From: Octopus vulgaris
Taxonomy: Eukaryota
DNA length: 64,000 bases
Direction of reading: 5' to 3'
Assembly: GCA_951406725.2 (NCBI GenBank)
Contig: OX597814.1
Coordinates: forward strand, 130,634,001 to 130,698,000
Positions 25,218-40,346 of the stretch are shown here, piece after piece. The translations under genes were made by a program, and so were the position numbers. Within the stretch, counting starts at the first letter, position 1. Every line of letters starts with the position of its first letter. Under the pieces are notes generated by a model. That model was given only the letters and a program-made list of their open reading frames with translations. It did not search any database and was not told the origin of the DNA.

Positions 25218-25877
25218 TGTATGTATGTATGTATGTATGTTTGTATGTATGTATGTATGTATGTATGTATGTATGTATGTATGTACGTATGTATGTATAT
25301 ATGTATGTACGCAAACACACACATATATGAGCATATGTATAAATATATATGCGCACATATACATATGCATATGCATATACATACAGATATACACGCAACA
25401 CGTATGTGGAGACACATTCACTCAAACGAATTGTAACCTCCGAGAACATTGACTTCACTGTGTCTTTGTGCGCGTGGCTTTTAAAATCCATTAATAGAAT
25501 GTTCAAGTGCGACATTTATTCTGTTAAAATAGTCACGTGTCAACCTATTTTCAGTTTGGTAGGATCGATTGGCTTTCAATAGTCACAGCCAACAAGTGAA
25601 CAGTAATCAATAACAGATTCTAATTTCACAATCACTATTCCTCTAACTACACCCTGTAACACACACACGCGCACTAATGCACATACAGACACATACCCTG
25701 TTTCTGTGTTATGGTTAAAAGTTTCTGCCTACTTGCTTGTCGCCTTTTCTCTCTGTCCTTCATCTGATCTCTCTTTTCTTCCCTTTCTTTCAATTTTTCT
25801 GTCTTTCAGAATTGCCTTTATACTCTTCACTTCTCCGTTTCTTTCTCTCCCTCTTTGCCTCACCCTCACTACCTCTA

Positions 25878-25946
<69 letters not shown>

Positions 25947-25951
25947 CCCTC

Positions 25952-25988
<37 letters not shown>

Positions 25989-26125
25989 CACTCGATTTTC
26001 TTCTCTTCTATTCACACTATATTTCAATTTCATTCTGTTTGTCTGTAAATCGACATCTCTCTAGCATTCTCTTTTCTTCACTCTCTTTTCTCTCCTGGCT
26101 TTCTCCATCTCTCCCTCCTTCCGTC

Positions 26126-26211
<86 letters not shown>

Positions 26212-26216
26212 AATCA

Positions 26217-26358
<142 letters not shown>

Positions 26359-26893
26359 AAATAACTGTCCCAATTTTTTGTCTTCCTTTCTTTCTCTCAT
26401 GAGTTCTTGCATGTCCACCAATCTATCCGCCTGTCAGCACGCTTTTCTTTGACATTGCTTCCATTTTATCTATCAATATTTCTATCTATCGTTTTCTCTA
26501 TCAGTCTGTCTAGTTGCTTGTCAGTTCTCCGCCTTTTTTCTTCTCATTTCTACTTCACCCTATATCACCCTCGCAAACATCCAATCAGTTTATTAATGGA
26601 GTGTCGATCTACCTTCCCTCCATCTTGGCTTTCTCACTGTCTCTGTCGTTTCCTCTCCTTCTCTTCCGCTCGTTTCATTCTCTCGTTCTGTTGACTACCC
26701 TACCATTTGTCAGGGTGTATCTATCAGTTAGTTCTTTCTCACTTTCAATTCTTCCATTGATACATAAACATTGTTACCACCATGACCTCAACCACCATCA
26801 CCAGCGCCATATACGCACGTACAAGCAGTCACGAATGCGTGTATGATCTATTTACTTACTAATCTCGCGCCCTCACACACAAACACACACATG

Positions 26894-26927
<34 letters not shown>

Positions 26928-27186
26928 GCATTATACATACATATATATATATATACATTATATTTATATATATATGCTCAATTATATATCTACATGTAGA
27001 CATGTATTAATACACATGCATATATATATATATATGTATGTATGTATGTATACATATATATATATATATATATGTGTGTTCAATTTTATACCTACATATA
27101 TACATATAGACATGTACAAGTACACACACACAAATATATATATATATATATAGTTATTTATATTTATATATAGATGCATATATGTA

Positions 27187-27228
<42 letters not shown>

Positions 27229-28387
27229 TGTGTGTATCTTTAGTAGTTCATATATCCGAAAAAGTAGCACATATATACTGTATTAAGATACATAACCATA
27301 CATGCATGTATGTGTGTATCTATACACTCACACATACGCATACACACACACACGCATGTGTATATAAATACACACACATACATATGAGTGCATGTATGTA
27401 TTATATGCTTGTTCTGAGGAACAAGTGTTATATGCACAAAACTCTATAAAGTACTCCCTACTTCAAGAGATGCATTTAAATATAAATTAATTTTCATAGC
27501 TGTTTACACGTTCATAAATCTGGATCTTCCCCCACATCTCCCCCTCTCCCTCTCCTTCTCTCTCTCTCTCTCTCCATCTTCTCACCCTTTTAATATGCTA
27601 TCTCTCTGTATTCATCACTTTGTTTCTATTGTCACACCCTCTATCTCTCATATATCTGTAATGTTCCTTCCTCATTTCTCTTCCTCTCCAATGACAATTC
27701 TCATTGTAACTATTAACATTTATGTGTATGCCTATGTGCATGGCTTCAACGTTATGATAATGCATATGTAAATATATCTCTGATTGTACGTACATGTGTT
27801 TGTCTAATGTGTGTAGATGTAACAACAGATTGCTTTAGTGCCACATTCAACCAATCCTTCCTTCCTTCCTGCTTTCCTTTAGTTATTCTTTCATTCATAG
27901 CTTTCTTCATTTCCACTATTTTGTATCCATTGTATTTTTTCCCCTTTCATTCGCTCCTTCGTTCTTCTTTATTGCTTTCCCCTACCCTCCAATATGGCTC
28001 CCTCTATTATCTCTCCTTTATATTGTAAACTCTTTTATATGCCTATGTGAATAGAACCTGTCTCTATGATATCATCTATCTTTCACAGACAAAATGCACA
28101 CACATATTCACACGGATGTATGAATATATATATATGTGTGTGTGCGCTCGCCCGCGCGCGTGTGTGTGTGTTATATGTCATGACACTGGTATAGTCTGGG
28201 AATTACGTTAATGGTACACGTGTCTGTGGAAGACTCAGCAATTTACAAGTTAATTTAACAAGTAGGTAGTTCAGTTCGTGGAACAAATGAATGCTCATCG
28301 CCTACCTCGATGATCCATCACATGATCGTATAACAGCACTGTCAGCACAGTACATAGTGTTAGACAGATAAATGTGCTTATATAAAT

Positions 28388-28497
<110 letters not shown>

Positions 28498-28619
28498 GGT
28501 ATACATATATGTATACACACATGCACACACACCACACATATATACATATATGTATACGCACATATACATGTACATACGTATATGTTTATGTATGTGTGTA
28601 CACACACTTACACACACAT

Positions 28620-28720
28620 AGTGGCACCTTGGGCAAGTGTCTTCTATACCGTCGGTCCGACCAAAGCCTTGTGAGTGGATTTGGTCGGTGGAAGCTGAAA
28701 GAAGTTCGTCGTACGCATAC

Positions 28721-28804
<84 letters not shown>

Positions 28805-29105
28805 ATGTATATATGTATGTATGTATGTATATATGTATGCATGTATATATGTATGTATATATGTAAGTATGTATGTATGTATGTATTTATGTATACATTT
28901 GTGTGTCTATTTGTCCCTTCACCATCGCTTGACAACTGATGTTGGTGTGCTTACATCCACATAATCTAGTGGTTCAATTAAAGGTACCGATAAAATAAGT
29001 ACAAGGCTTACAAAGAATAAGTCCTGGGTTCGAATTCTTGGACCAAATGCGGTGCTCCAACATGGCTGCGGTCAAATGACTGAAACAAAGGAAAGAATGA
29101 AAGAA
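28620..29105 (+). mobile_element. SINE family A lacking head, with internal microsatellite
   Basis: GTGGCACCTTGGGCAAGTGTCTT core, (TG)/(TATG) array, family A tail. Confidence 0.8.
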
Positions 29106-29219
29106 TATATATATTAGATTTGAACAGACTCAAGAGTATCCGGCCGAAACTTTAAGGACGATCTGTAAACTTGACTGATGAGAGACGGCTGCAAATGACC
29201 CGTCCTTGTTTTTACTTCT

Positions 29220-29834
29220 CAGCCGCAAGAAAGACGATAACACGTTTATCCTTTCTTCCTTTCTAGTCAGCACCGTGCATTCCTTACTCTTTCCCTCTCT
29301 ACCGGTAGACAGCTACTTCTATACTATCAACTACCAACCAGCGAGTGAACTTGTCACTCTCGCTACAATTACTGCTGTATTACTACATGTCGAACTAACG
29401 AAGAAATATATGTAAATAACATTTCTTCCTTCTTGGTGCGGATTCTTCCATGTTTACTGGTTACTCCGACGCGAGAAACACAAAAAAATAATAAAATGAA
29501 AGCGTGTAATATGCAACACAGGCAGTAAGCAAGAATAAAATAAAACAGAGTTGTGACATGTAGTAGAGATGATCCGGAAGTTGTTGTTCTTCGATTATTA
29601 TCGCGAACAGCTGTAGCTTTCTTCAACTGGATACATGTCGTTGATTAGCTAAAATTACCCAAATATGACTATTTTAACACAAAATAACTTCAACTTCTAC
29701 GATACAAAATTTTGTCAAAAATGTTGAAAGTAAACCGTGTTCAACGTGAGAAATTACACAGTACACGAAGTTTCAAACTGTTTAGTTAAAATAAATTATG
29801 ATTAAAAAATATGTGACCGAAACTGAACAGATCC
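29220..29834 (+). mobile_element. Long-TIR DNA transposon fragment (internal piece + right TIR)
   Basis: 29220-29390 matches 44580-44720 directly; 29545-29785 matches 44350-44575 inverted; terminus resembles the right end of the 15149 MITE (...GATCC). Confidence 0.6.
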
Positions 29835-29879
29835 GTTTCTGCCTCAAGGCCTTCGCTCTGCGCACGCCAGCTCAATTTG

Positions 29880-30215
29880 ATCCGTCTTTTTTGGTCGAAA
29901 GACACCTGTTGTTATATTCTTGTTTGTATTTGTAATTGTGTAACATTTTCTTCGCTTTTTTGTCTACGTTATCGTACACATTCGCTTGCTTTTTCTCAAA
30001 CAATTTAATGCTCTTAGCTTAGACTTTGGGGCTTAGCTAGATTTGAACAGTCCCAAGTGTAACCGGCTGAAACTGTAAGGATGATCTGGAAATTTGACTG
30101 ATAAAAGAAAGCTGCGAATGACTCGTCCTTGCCTTTTCCTTTTCGTCTTTTCGTTGTTTTTTCCTGTCCGTCTTTGTATCGTCTACTTGTCCGGATGTTT
30201 TATTGTCGTCTGTTG
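29880..30215 (+). mobile_element. Dispersed repeat homologous to 1025-1325
   Basis: Shared GTCGAAAGACACCTGTTGTTAT and downstream blocks. Confidence 0.6.
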
Positions 30216-30722
30216 CGTTCTTGCTCTATTTTTTGTATACATATATATATATATATATCCATTTGAGTAAATCATATATCAAAGGAGTCCCGTACATGAA
30301 GACATTTCTAAATGATTGTGTTTATGTCCATTTCTCTTTAATCAATTATATTGTAACAAAACAAAACAGAAACACGTGTTCGTAGATTTGAGGTACAATA
30401 AAAGTTAAAATTGCTTTCCGTTAAGTGATCTTTTTAAGTCTGTTTTCATTATGTCTTACAAGAATATAAGGTAGGATGAATTTATTCTAACTCCCATATA
30501 TTGTAAGTGAGTGTCTTATTGAAAATATTATTTAGTTAAATATCTTTAGTCTTTTTATTCCAATCCTCAATCACTTTTCTTGCCGTTTTTCTTGCTTCCA
30601 TATATAACCACACTTTCCTTGTTAATATTTACTACCTGATCGAACGCACTTAGCGACACCACTCTTTGTCTCTTTCTTTCTTTCTATCTTTCTGTCTTTC
30701 TTTCATTCTTCCTTCCTTCCTC

Positions 30723-30762
<40 letters not shown>

Positions 30763-30991
30763 TCACCTTCTCTTCTTAAACATTCCTACAGTTAAATAAG
30801 TATCCTGTTTCTTTTTCAGTACACAACATCACTGCAAATCTTCTCTGTCCTTAAAGTTATATATTTCGATTCATTGAACCTTCGCAAAGTACACTATCTT
30901 GACTTTTTCTTTCATATTCTCTCTTTAAACATTTTATCTCTCTCTTTCCGAATCCATTTTCAGTACGTCACATCACTCTTCAGTCTCTGTC

Positions 30992-31122
<131 letters not shown>

Positions 31123-31134
31123 ATCTATCCATCC

Positions 31135-31219
<85 letters not shown>

Positions 31220-31453
31220 GAAAACGATACCAAAACAAATAATTACCCACGCACACCACCACAACACATTAAAATCATACATATAACACAGAACACACAC
31301 AACACACTGAAATCTCTCTACCGGGATGCAAAGGAAGATGAGAATAGAGACGCAAGTTTTGTCTCATGAAAGATTTAATAAAAGGTGGGTGAATGTAGCA
31401 AAGATGGGAGCCGCGAATGACGAAACCATTTTGAGCATGATCCTGTAAATCCA

Positions 31454-31519
<66 letters not shown>

Positions 31520-32038
31520 TTTCCCTCCCTGCCTGAAGGCTTTTCTTTCCACGGGTAATCATAATCTGCTTTTACATTTTTTCTCTGTTCTGTGATACAC
31601 GATCCTTTTTAATAGTTTTTTTTTTGCACGATCCCTTTCGATCGGAATTCTTTCTTCTTTTTTTTCTATTTTCTTCTTTTTCTTTCAAAAAGAAAAGCTC
31701 TACATTGTATTTTGTCTCCTCTGTGTTCGACCGTGTGTGGCTAATAAAGAAAGTCATCTTTCTCTCTCTCTCTGAACGTTCCTAAAGTTATATATTTCAA
31801 TTTTTATAACCTACGTAAAGTACACTATCTACAATTGTCTTAAAACTTAAGGATATCATTTTCTCTCAAATTCCCACCTTGTCATAGACCTTATTTCTTC
31901 CCTACACATAACAACAGCTCTTGTTTCAGACTTTCATTAAACTTTCCCTTTCTTTCTCCCTTCGACACAAACTTCCTATTACTCTGTCTCTCTGTCTATC
32001 TGTCAGTCTCTCTCTGTCTGCCTGTCTCTCTCTGTCTG

Positions 32039-32092
<54 letters not shown>

Positions 32093-32129
32093 CATTTCCG
32101 CTCTCTCTTTCTCACCTTTTATCGTACGA

Positions 32130-33850
32130 AAAAAATCAACCAATGGATATCAACAACCGCAAATTTGTACAGAGTCAGTTTGAAGCAAACAACCTGCAAG
32201 GCATGAGTGAGGGTTCTCCGTCCAACGACCTGATAGCGGTGGCCTTAAAGAGCTATGATTTCCACAGATCCATAGCACAGATCGTGTGAAAGAAACAGGG
32301 AGTTCATGCTCTTGTTAAGCCACATATATACCTATCAGAAAACATAACGAAGGAAACAGTAGTGCTTAATGACGAACCTGCATATCTGGGAACCAATGGA
32401 GGACAAATAGACAGTATCAAAAAAGAAACAGCGAACACCATCGGCCCTGAAAAACAACACTGACAGCAGCAACAGCTGCAATGAGAAGTATCAAAGCTGG
32501 CGTGTGGTGAAAAACAGAGGCAGACACAGCAGGAAAACTGATGCCCTGAAGTCCAAAGGTAACAAGAAGGACAAGAACAAAGACGAAAGCCCCAAACGCC
32601 AAAAGAAAAAAAAACAAAGAAGCACAAGGACAGGAACTGACAGAAGCCAGGTTGTGTGTAAATGTTACTTAAATGGCACCTGCTGGCACGGAGAAAGGGG
32701 AGAGGGTTGCAGCTTTGACCATCCCAAATCTTAGAACAACAAGCAGAATAACCACCTGAAACAAAACCATCAAAAATATAGAGGGAAATAATTAAGCATT
32801 GACCTGCAGGGTAATAGTGCACCAACAGGAAGAAACACGTCTGAAACATGTAGGAAAAGGTATCAGCGAATGCACTCTGCACCCCTCGAAAGGCAATATG
32901 CAGATGCTGTACGAACTGCAGCTATCGAACAACAGTCTTTTTTTAACATAGCCCAGAAGATAGTGCAGCAGCTCACATGGATGGACAGGATGCAAACTCA
33001 AAGCCATGCATTTCAATGCACAAAACCACCTCAGGTGACTGGCCCAGGATGGCCACCACTAACATCTACCCAGATATCGCACCTATATTCATACTGAACA
33101 TTGGAGGTCTGTTAAAACTCAGCAACAGAGATAATATTCTGTATCTAAAAGAGCTTGCAACATAAAATCAAGCAATATGCATGGCACTCACTGAACCGCA
33201 TCTAACCCCTAATGTTAGATGCGGAATTACACATACCAGGGTATGCTGTATTTCGTTCAGACAGAAGAGGAAGAAGCCACAGTGGAGTTGCTATGCACAT
33301 CTGTGAAGATGTCACACCTCTTGTATTACTGCCACATTCAAACTCAGTTTGCGACACCTTAATAATACATATAGAGCAGGTTGATGTAGCTGTATGCACA
33401 ATATATCGTTTGCTGAATATCACAAAATATCATGAAGATTTGAGGATAGCCTCAAACACATCGAAGAGTTATTAACAAACCTAGATAAGAGCATCAACAG
33501 ACACTTCCTGGGTGACTTCAACCTCCCACATGTTAACTGGCCGGTCATATCCTTTCTGGGAAGTCACTGCATGAACAAAAGCATGTAGAGTCATTACTTG
33601 AAGTTTCTAATATGCTGTTCATGGAGCAAGTGATACTCAGACCAACCAGGGGGGACAAAATATTGGACCTCTGCTTCACAAATAATGCGAACCTCATCTA
33701 TAATGTGAAGGAGACACCAACACCATTCTTAGATCACATCATTGTTGAACTAACTATATATGGTCCTAAGCGAACTACTGGTATCTATCCTATCAGGAAG
33801 ACTCAAACATTATCCAACCTGAATTTCAATAAAGCAAAATGGAAATCAAT
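32130..33850 (+). pseudogene. CR1-like LINE 5' part: ORF1 with CCCH finger + AP endonuclease
   Basis: VCKCYLNGTCWHGERGEGCSFDHPK; LNIGGL, ALTEPHL, IPGYAVFRSDRRGRSHSGVA, LGDFNLP, PTRGDKILDLCFTN, DH (APE motifs), disrupted. Confidence 0.85.
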
Positions 33851-34245
33851 CCCACTGCACTCACCTCATAATATCTGCAGCTTAAACTTTATTCTTTCAT
33901 CCCATACCTCCTATTATTTCCTTCATCTTTTCTATTTATCTGCCATTCCCTTTCTATTTGTTTATACCTCCATTATTCCTTTAATTCCCTTATTCTCTTG
34001 CTCTTCTTCTCTCGTTCTATGACGTCAAATTTCTTAACGGTATTCAAAAATTATTCGCGTTCCCTATCCACCTTTGCTTTACACACACACTCACACACAC
34101 ATACATATATAGATGAGTGTATTTTTCCCTTGTTAACAGATAACACGGAAAAAAAAAATAATAAATATTTGGAATAATATCAGTGAAATCTTCGAAACAT
34201 GTGTCGGAAGTAAAAGTATTTGAATTATACCTGCATTAAACACCA

Positions 34246-34365
<120 letters not shown>

Positions 34366-34566
34366 GTAGTTTCTAACATCTGTAAAAATGACTTATTGAT
34401 GAGCACTGTTGTTTATATCCTCCCTGATAGGATTGATGCATTTTTCCACATTATTTTTCATCTCGGATTTATTTTAATGCATCTATCGAAACATATTTCG
34501 GTGATATGGTGATATAAATGATATAAATAACAACTTGAGCGTTTGTCTCTATTTTCCATTATTCTT

Positions 34567-34622
<56 letters not shown>

Positions 34623-35469
34623 TTTTCTTCATGTGTCGGTCTTTAGATCTCCCCCACCACTCACTCAACTAACTTCTTTTGATAGGAATGTACTTTACCA
34701 GCATTTACACTCACACCATCTAATTTCCCTAGACAAATACACTGCTTTGTATATAAATAATAAAATTACCTTATCTATTTATCTACCTACAAGGAGAACC
34801 CGTGGAAATTTCATAAAACGTAAATGATTGAGAAGCTAATTAAGAAAAAAAGGATGATTTGCATTTTTATTTTGCTAAGTTAATTCACTTCCAGTCACAA
34901 TAATATATCATATTTTAAATTTTCCTTCTACTAAACACTTTATATTTCTCTCTTTCTCTCTACCTCTTCGACAAACGTTTTAACCATGTAATTCTCGTCT
35001 TCGTGTCTTTAATATGTAATTCCCTTCGTGTCTTCGTGTCACTAACTCTTTTTGTATGTCTCTCTTAATGTAACTGCTTCCCCTGCCCATCTCTCTTTAT
35101 CTACCTTTCTTTAACCTCACGACCAGAACGTTACCTTCTGCCTAATATTGTATTCTAAACATATCTCTTTCTCTTTACTTTTCCATCCCCACCTTATGCA
35201 CCTCGTTACCACTTCTCTCTCCCTCTTTTCTCTCACTGTCTTTTTGTCTCGCTCTTCGCCTCTTCCTTCAACTAACCACGTGACGCATTTGGCCTTATAC
35301 ATTTTTCTCTACTTCTTCCTCTTTTCTTCTCTACTCACATTCCTCACCTCCTTCCCTCTGCCTCTCTCTCACACACTCTTTTACTCCACCTCGCACTCAC
35401 TCTACCTCCACCATTATAACTAAGGTATAACAAGCAAACGAACAACTAAATTATTATACAGATCTTTCT

Positions 35470-36180
35470 CATACCAGAGTGTATTGCTTATTCCTCCCTC
35501 TTCTTTCCTCAAGATACCGGACAGTATATATCTAATTCAAAGGTCTTACCTATCTATCTTTTCTCTCACCAGAATGTATTATTTATTCTTCCTCTCAATA
35601 TTCATACACCTTTAGAACTGCTAACATTCATTTTCCCTTCTGGACTGAGTACCCTGAATATACCCAACAGCATATATCTAATACAAACCTTTTACCTAAC
35701 TATCTTTTCGCTCGCCAGAATGTATTATTTATCCCTCCTCTCAGTATTTGCATAACTTTGGAACTGCTAGCATTCATTTTCCCTCAGTATGTAGTCCTGC
35801 ATAACCATTCTTTCCTTCTTCACACCATGCTGTACTACCGAACTACCCTTTCTGATCATGGATTTACCTAAAGAAGATCCGATCTAACTGATGGTGGACT
35901 CCACCCTCGGGGACATGATGAACCACAACAAATATCATTGATGAGAAACTTTCTTCTACTGTCTAACTTGTATCTTTCCTATGACGAAATACCCAACTTG
36001 CAGACTCTACGCTTGATACGATGCTCCAGTAGCTGGGATATCTCGGAAACAGCTGTCAGAGACTATTTTTTTTACTATTTTTACCATTTGTTATGTAGCT
36101 AAATTAGACTGAATTAAATTAAATTAAATGTCCTCACATGTCTTACCTATTTGTTTGCCTTTCCTTACTATTTTAACATA
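35470..36180 (+). mobile_element. Probable Penelope 3' UTR/pLTR remnant with diverged tandem units and hammerhead-like end
   Basis: Imperfect tandem units (CCAGAATGTATTATTTAT...) at 35470-35790; TGACGA...GAAACAGCTGTC at ~35982-36057. Confidence 0.4.
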
Positions 36181-36282
36181 CACCTACTGACTGAAAGAGA
36201 AACCACCTTCAGCCATTTTGAACAAGGCTCACCGTAACCACAACTTCATCTGGAATTTTGGTGGCACATTTATTTGAGCAAC

Positions 36283-38040
36283 TGTTGTGGGGATAATAGT
36301 AATAATGGTACACCCCTCCTACGTGACGAGTGGTATGTGCTAGTCGATATAAATAAGGTTACGTCGGTCAGTATAAAGAGAGTTTATGTAGTAGACGGTT
36401 ATAGATTGCCGTGGTCTTACTTGTCTTTCTAACTATACTGCTATACCGGAGTGAGCGTTATAACAATTCGACATTAAGGATTACAATAGTGGCAACAAGG
36501 AATTAACAAATCCACGAGGAATTAACAAACTCACAAAGGTATTTTTGGTGCGAACTTTACGGAAAAAATAATCGTAAAACTATGGAAAGTTTGTTGGCCG
36601 GTTTTCTCGAGTTGCACAAACAGCAACAATAGAAACTATAAAAAAACAGAACTGAAAGAACAACAACAGCAGTAGCTACAACTGCAAGAAAAACAGCAGA
36701 AGCAGCAACACCAATTATTATTACAGCAACAAATTCTGCTATTAATGAAGAGCAAGTCGCTGAAAAAATTCTCTCACCAGATTATTTTGCGAACTCGATA
36801 ACAGAGTTTAAGTACGAGCCAGATGAAGGAGTTACTTCTGAGGCGTACTATAGAAGATACGAAAAATCTTCAATAATGAGTGCAAAGATTGAGATGACGA
36901 TATGAAAATGTGTTTAATCTTAAGAAAATTGTCAGCAGGAGAACATGAAAATTACAGCAATTTCATACTCCCGAAAAAACCTGACATAAACTTTAAAGTT
37001 ACAATAGACATATTGTGTAAAAATTTTAGTGAGTAAAGCTCTTTCAATATACGTTGGAAATGTTTGAACTAGAAAAGAACAACGAGAAGGACTACATCAC
37101 ATACGCTGGTAGAGTTAACAGGGAATGTGAAATGAAGACGAATTGATGCCAGATATGTTCAAGTGCCTGATATTTACTTAGGGGATAAATGCAGAGGAAG
37201 ACGCTGACGTAAGAAGAAGAATTCTCGCTAAGCTGAAACAAATCCAAGCTGTAACCGTACAACAATTGTCAGAAGAGTGTGGAAGGACAATGAATTTAAG
37301 ACACGATTGAACATAAAGATTGCTCCCATGTGAAACAAGTGCGAAATAGGCAGAACAGAAGTCAAGTGTGTACTAAAATACTGTACAAACAGGACTAGAA
37401 TCAGGAAAAAAAAAAACTATGTTTTGCATGGGGAGGCCTACACCTGAGAAAAATCTGTCCATGTAAGAAAACGGAATGTTTCTTTTGTGGAAAAATTGGA
37501 CACATAAAAGCGCACTGTAGGACCAAGATGACAAAATTTTGGAACAAAGAAAAAAGAATAAACAGTATGTCGTCGAAAGAAAATTGTAATATAACAGAAA
37601 TTTCGTAAATGTGAAAATTAGAAGTATAAAAATAAAAATGCAGTTAGTCACTGAAAGTATTATTACCATTGTGAACGAAAAAACTTGGAAGTATGTCGGC
37701 AAGCTGAAATTAAGTAAATCTACAAAAGTAGGACATGATGTTACGGGTAAAAGATTGTATCTTGTCGGTGAATTTGTGTGTAATGTAATAGTTCGTGACC
37801 AAATGAAAGCGGCAAAAATATATGTGCTAAAACTTCAGTTAATCTATTCGGCACAGAGTGGATGGAACTATTCAAATTGTGGAACACGCCCATAAGTGTT
37901 TTGTATGGGAATATAGTCGGTTCAGTCGAAGTTCGAATGAGGCTGAAGGACTGAAACAAAAAATAAAACATTTATTTACCGATGTTTTCTCGTTGCAAAA
38001 AACCAAGGCAAAAATCGCAGTAAAACCCTCGATTCAATAA
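36283..38040 (+). mobile_element. Gypsy LTR retrotransposon remnant (5' LTR, PBS, gag, protease)
   Basis: TG-start LTR 36283-~36485; PBS-like TGGCAACAAGGA at 36490; gag ANSITEFKYEPDEGVT..AYYRRYE..LILRKL; knuckle CFFCGKIGHIKAHC; decayed protease MQLVTESIITIV. Confidence 0.82.
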
Positions 38041-38369
38041 CACCGTGTACAAACTCTATTACTTGGAATTACCAATTTTAAATTCTATTGGAACTTACTC
38101 GCAAGGAACTGGAATCTTATATGTATATCATTCTGCCTAAATAATGGATCTACAATTGCAGTATCCCTACATATCTCACGTCTATTTTCATGACTCCACT
38201 TCACTCTCTTTCATATCTTATCTAGAATAAATATTGCTTAACCATTTTCTTACACCGTCTCCGGAAATAGCTTTAAGACCTTCTATTTATAAATGTTCTA
38301 AAATCATTCACACCCTTGTATATTTGTATGTATGTATGGATATAGATATGTATGTGTGTGTGTTTGTGT

Positions 38370-38581
38370 GTGCGTTTGAGTGTGCGTTTGCTCCCCCACA
38401 CCATCGCTTCACAACCGATGCTGGTGTATTTACATCTCCGTAACTTAACGGTTCCGCAAAAGAGGCCGATAAAATAATTACTAGGCTTACAAAGAATAAG
38501 TCCTTAGATCTATTTGTTCGACTAAAGGCCGTGCTCCAGCATGGCCGCAATCAAATGACTGAAACAAATAAAAACATAAAA

Positions 38582-38585
<4 letters not shown>
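38370..38585 (+). mobile_element. SINE family A 3' tail
   Basis: CCCCCACACCATCGCTTCACAACCGATGCTGG...GTGCTCCAGCATGGCCGCAATCAAATGACTGAAAC. Confidence 0.8.
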
Positions 38586-38623
<38 letters not shown>

Positions 38624-39389
38624 GCATAAACATGTACTTTCACATGTGAATACTATCTGTACGGTTACACACATACATATATATACATGCACAAGCACAC
38701 ACACGCATAAATGCATATGTATGTGCACATATATATGTAGATAACTGGTATTTGGCTCTTTTATTGGTATTTTTATTCTGTAGTCAATTTTTATTATTTA
38801 TGTTGCTATCATGCTGTTGACACTATCCTGTTGATCTGCAACCTTCGACTCGAGCAAAACCACAAGCCTGATATGTTTTCTCTCTCTCTCTCTTTCTGTT
38901 TCACTTTCTGTCTCTTTCTCCCTTTCTCTCACACACAGTATTTATATAACTGTCTATTTTTAACAGCATCTTGGGATTTAAATTTGGAGATTTATCAAAG
39001 TCAAAGAACTTTAGTAGCATTACTTTGACATGTATCATTGCAAAGGTGTATAACAGGATGTTCCTGAAGCGGATGCTAGTCCACATTTACAGCCATATGT
39101 TTATCAAAGTATTAGGATTATATAAATAGAAGAAGCAGTCGGATGCGGCAAATTACTAATTTGTAGAGAATATTAATTTAAAGAAGCATTCTGCATCGAT
39201 AGTAATTGCAGAATTTACAAAACCAACCCATCGATAAATGGCAAAAGTAGAGACGTGGTATACTACATGCAGCGCACGGAAGGAAATTATCGGAATGCAA
39301 CCACAGTTTATATAGGTAAAACGGCATGGGTTCGCGAGAAAAAAGGAAAGTGCAGATGTCAACTCGGGATTTGCGGTTCGTGAGGCTCC

Positions 39390-39918
39390 TATTTTCCAAG
39401 TTTAGGAAGCTTTCCATGTTGTTGAAGATGATGAAGAACAGTTGTATGGTTTGAACTAAGCTTTATTGCCAATTCTTCAACTGATAATGCAGGAGTTTCT
39501 TCAAGTAATGCCTCAAGAAGCTTATCATCAAGCTCAACTGGACGTCCTGATGTCTTCATCGTCAAGTTTGAAATCTCCACTTCTGAATTTTGCAATCCTT
39601 CTTCTGCAAGTTCTTTCATTGAAGCATTATTTCCCATAAACTGAGTGTATGTTTCGCGTCACTTCGGCTGCAGAGTTTCCTTTTTTGTACTCACAAAGTA
39701 TTATGTGCCTCAAATGCTCTTTGGATACTTCCTTGTTAGAAAGGGTTTTAATCAAAGAAATTTTAATTCTATTATCCTGTAAAATAATATTTAATTAGTT
39801 TAAATGTACACAAATGCATAAAAATAATTTTTAATCCCATTAGACATTATAAAATACTATTAAATATAATTCAATTTTTAAAAAGGTAAAATTGGACAGA
39901 ACTTATGGGATGACCTGA
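39390..39918 (-). mobile_element. Truncated mariner, same family as 17972-19197
   Basis: Left TIR TCAGGTCATCCCATAAGTTCTGTCCAA; SGRPVELDDKLLEALLEE..LSVEELAIKL..TTVLHHLQQ. Confidence 0.9.
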
Positions 39919-40346
39919 GAGTATTGATGAAAGGTTCGAAGTACACTAGCGTGAGTAGTATTAAGGGATATCAGCGTCTTTTCTCTACCAACACTCCATA
40001 GATAAACATGACAGATCGATAAACGAAGTCGAAATTACATTCCTTTCCCTGCGCCGACATGATACAATAGGCCAACGACGTACTGCACCCACTGGAATCA
40101 GAAACCGAACTTACGCTTCAAAATCTATTTCCACGTATTGCACGACAACTAAATATATTTCCTTAGATACAATTATGGAGTTAAAACAATCATAAAGAAA
40201 TGAAAACTGAAACTGTAACTTTAAATTCAATTATCGCAAAAATTTGCCAGAATTCTGAAGAACAGCGTCGTTTATTAGAATTAAATATAAATTTACTGCA
40301 AACAGACCAAAAAAATCATCGTGGATAAAAGTAGACGTCTCCTTCT

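Noticed and set aside
39030-40330. Coding-looking sequence on both sides of the truncated mariner
   Set aside because: No motif recognised and frames are broken by stops
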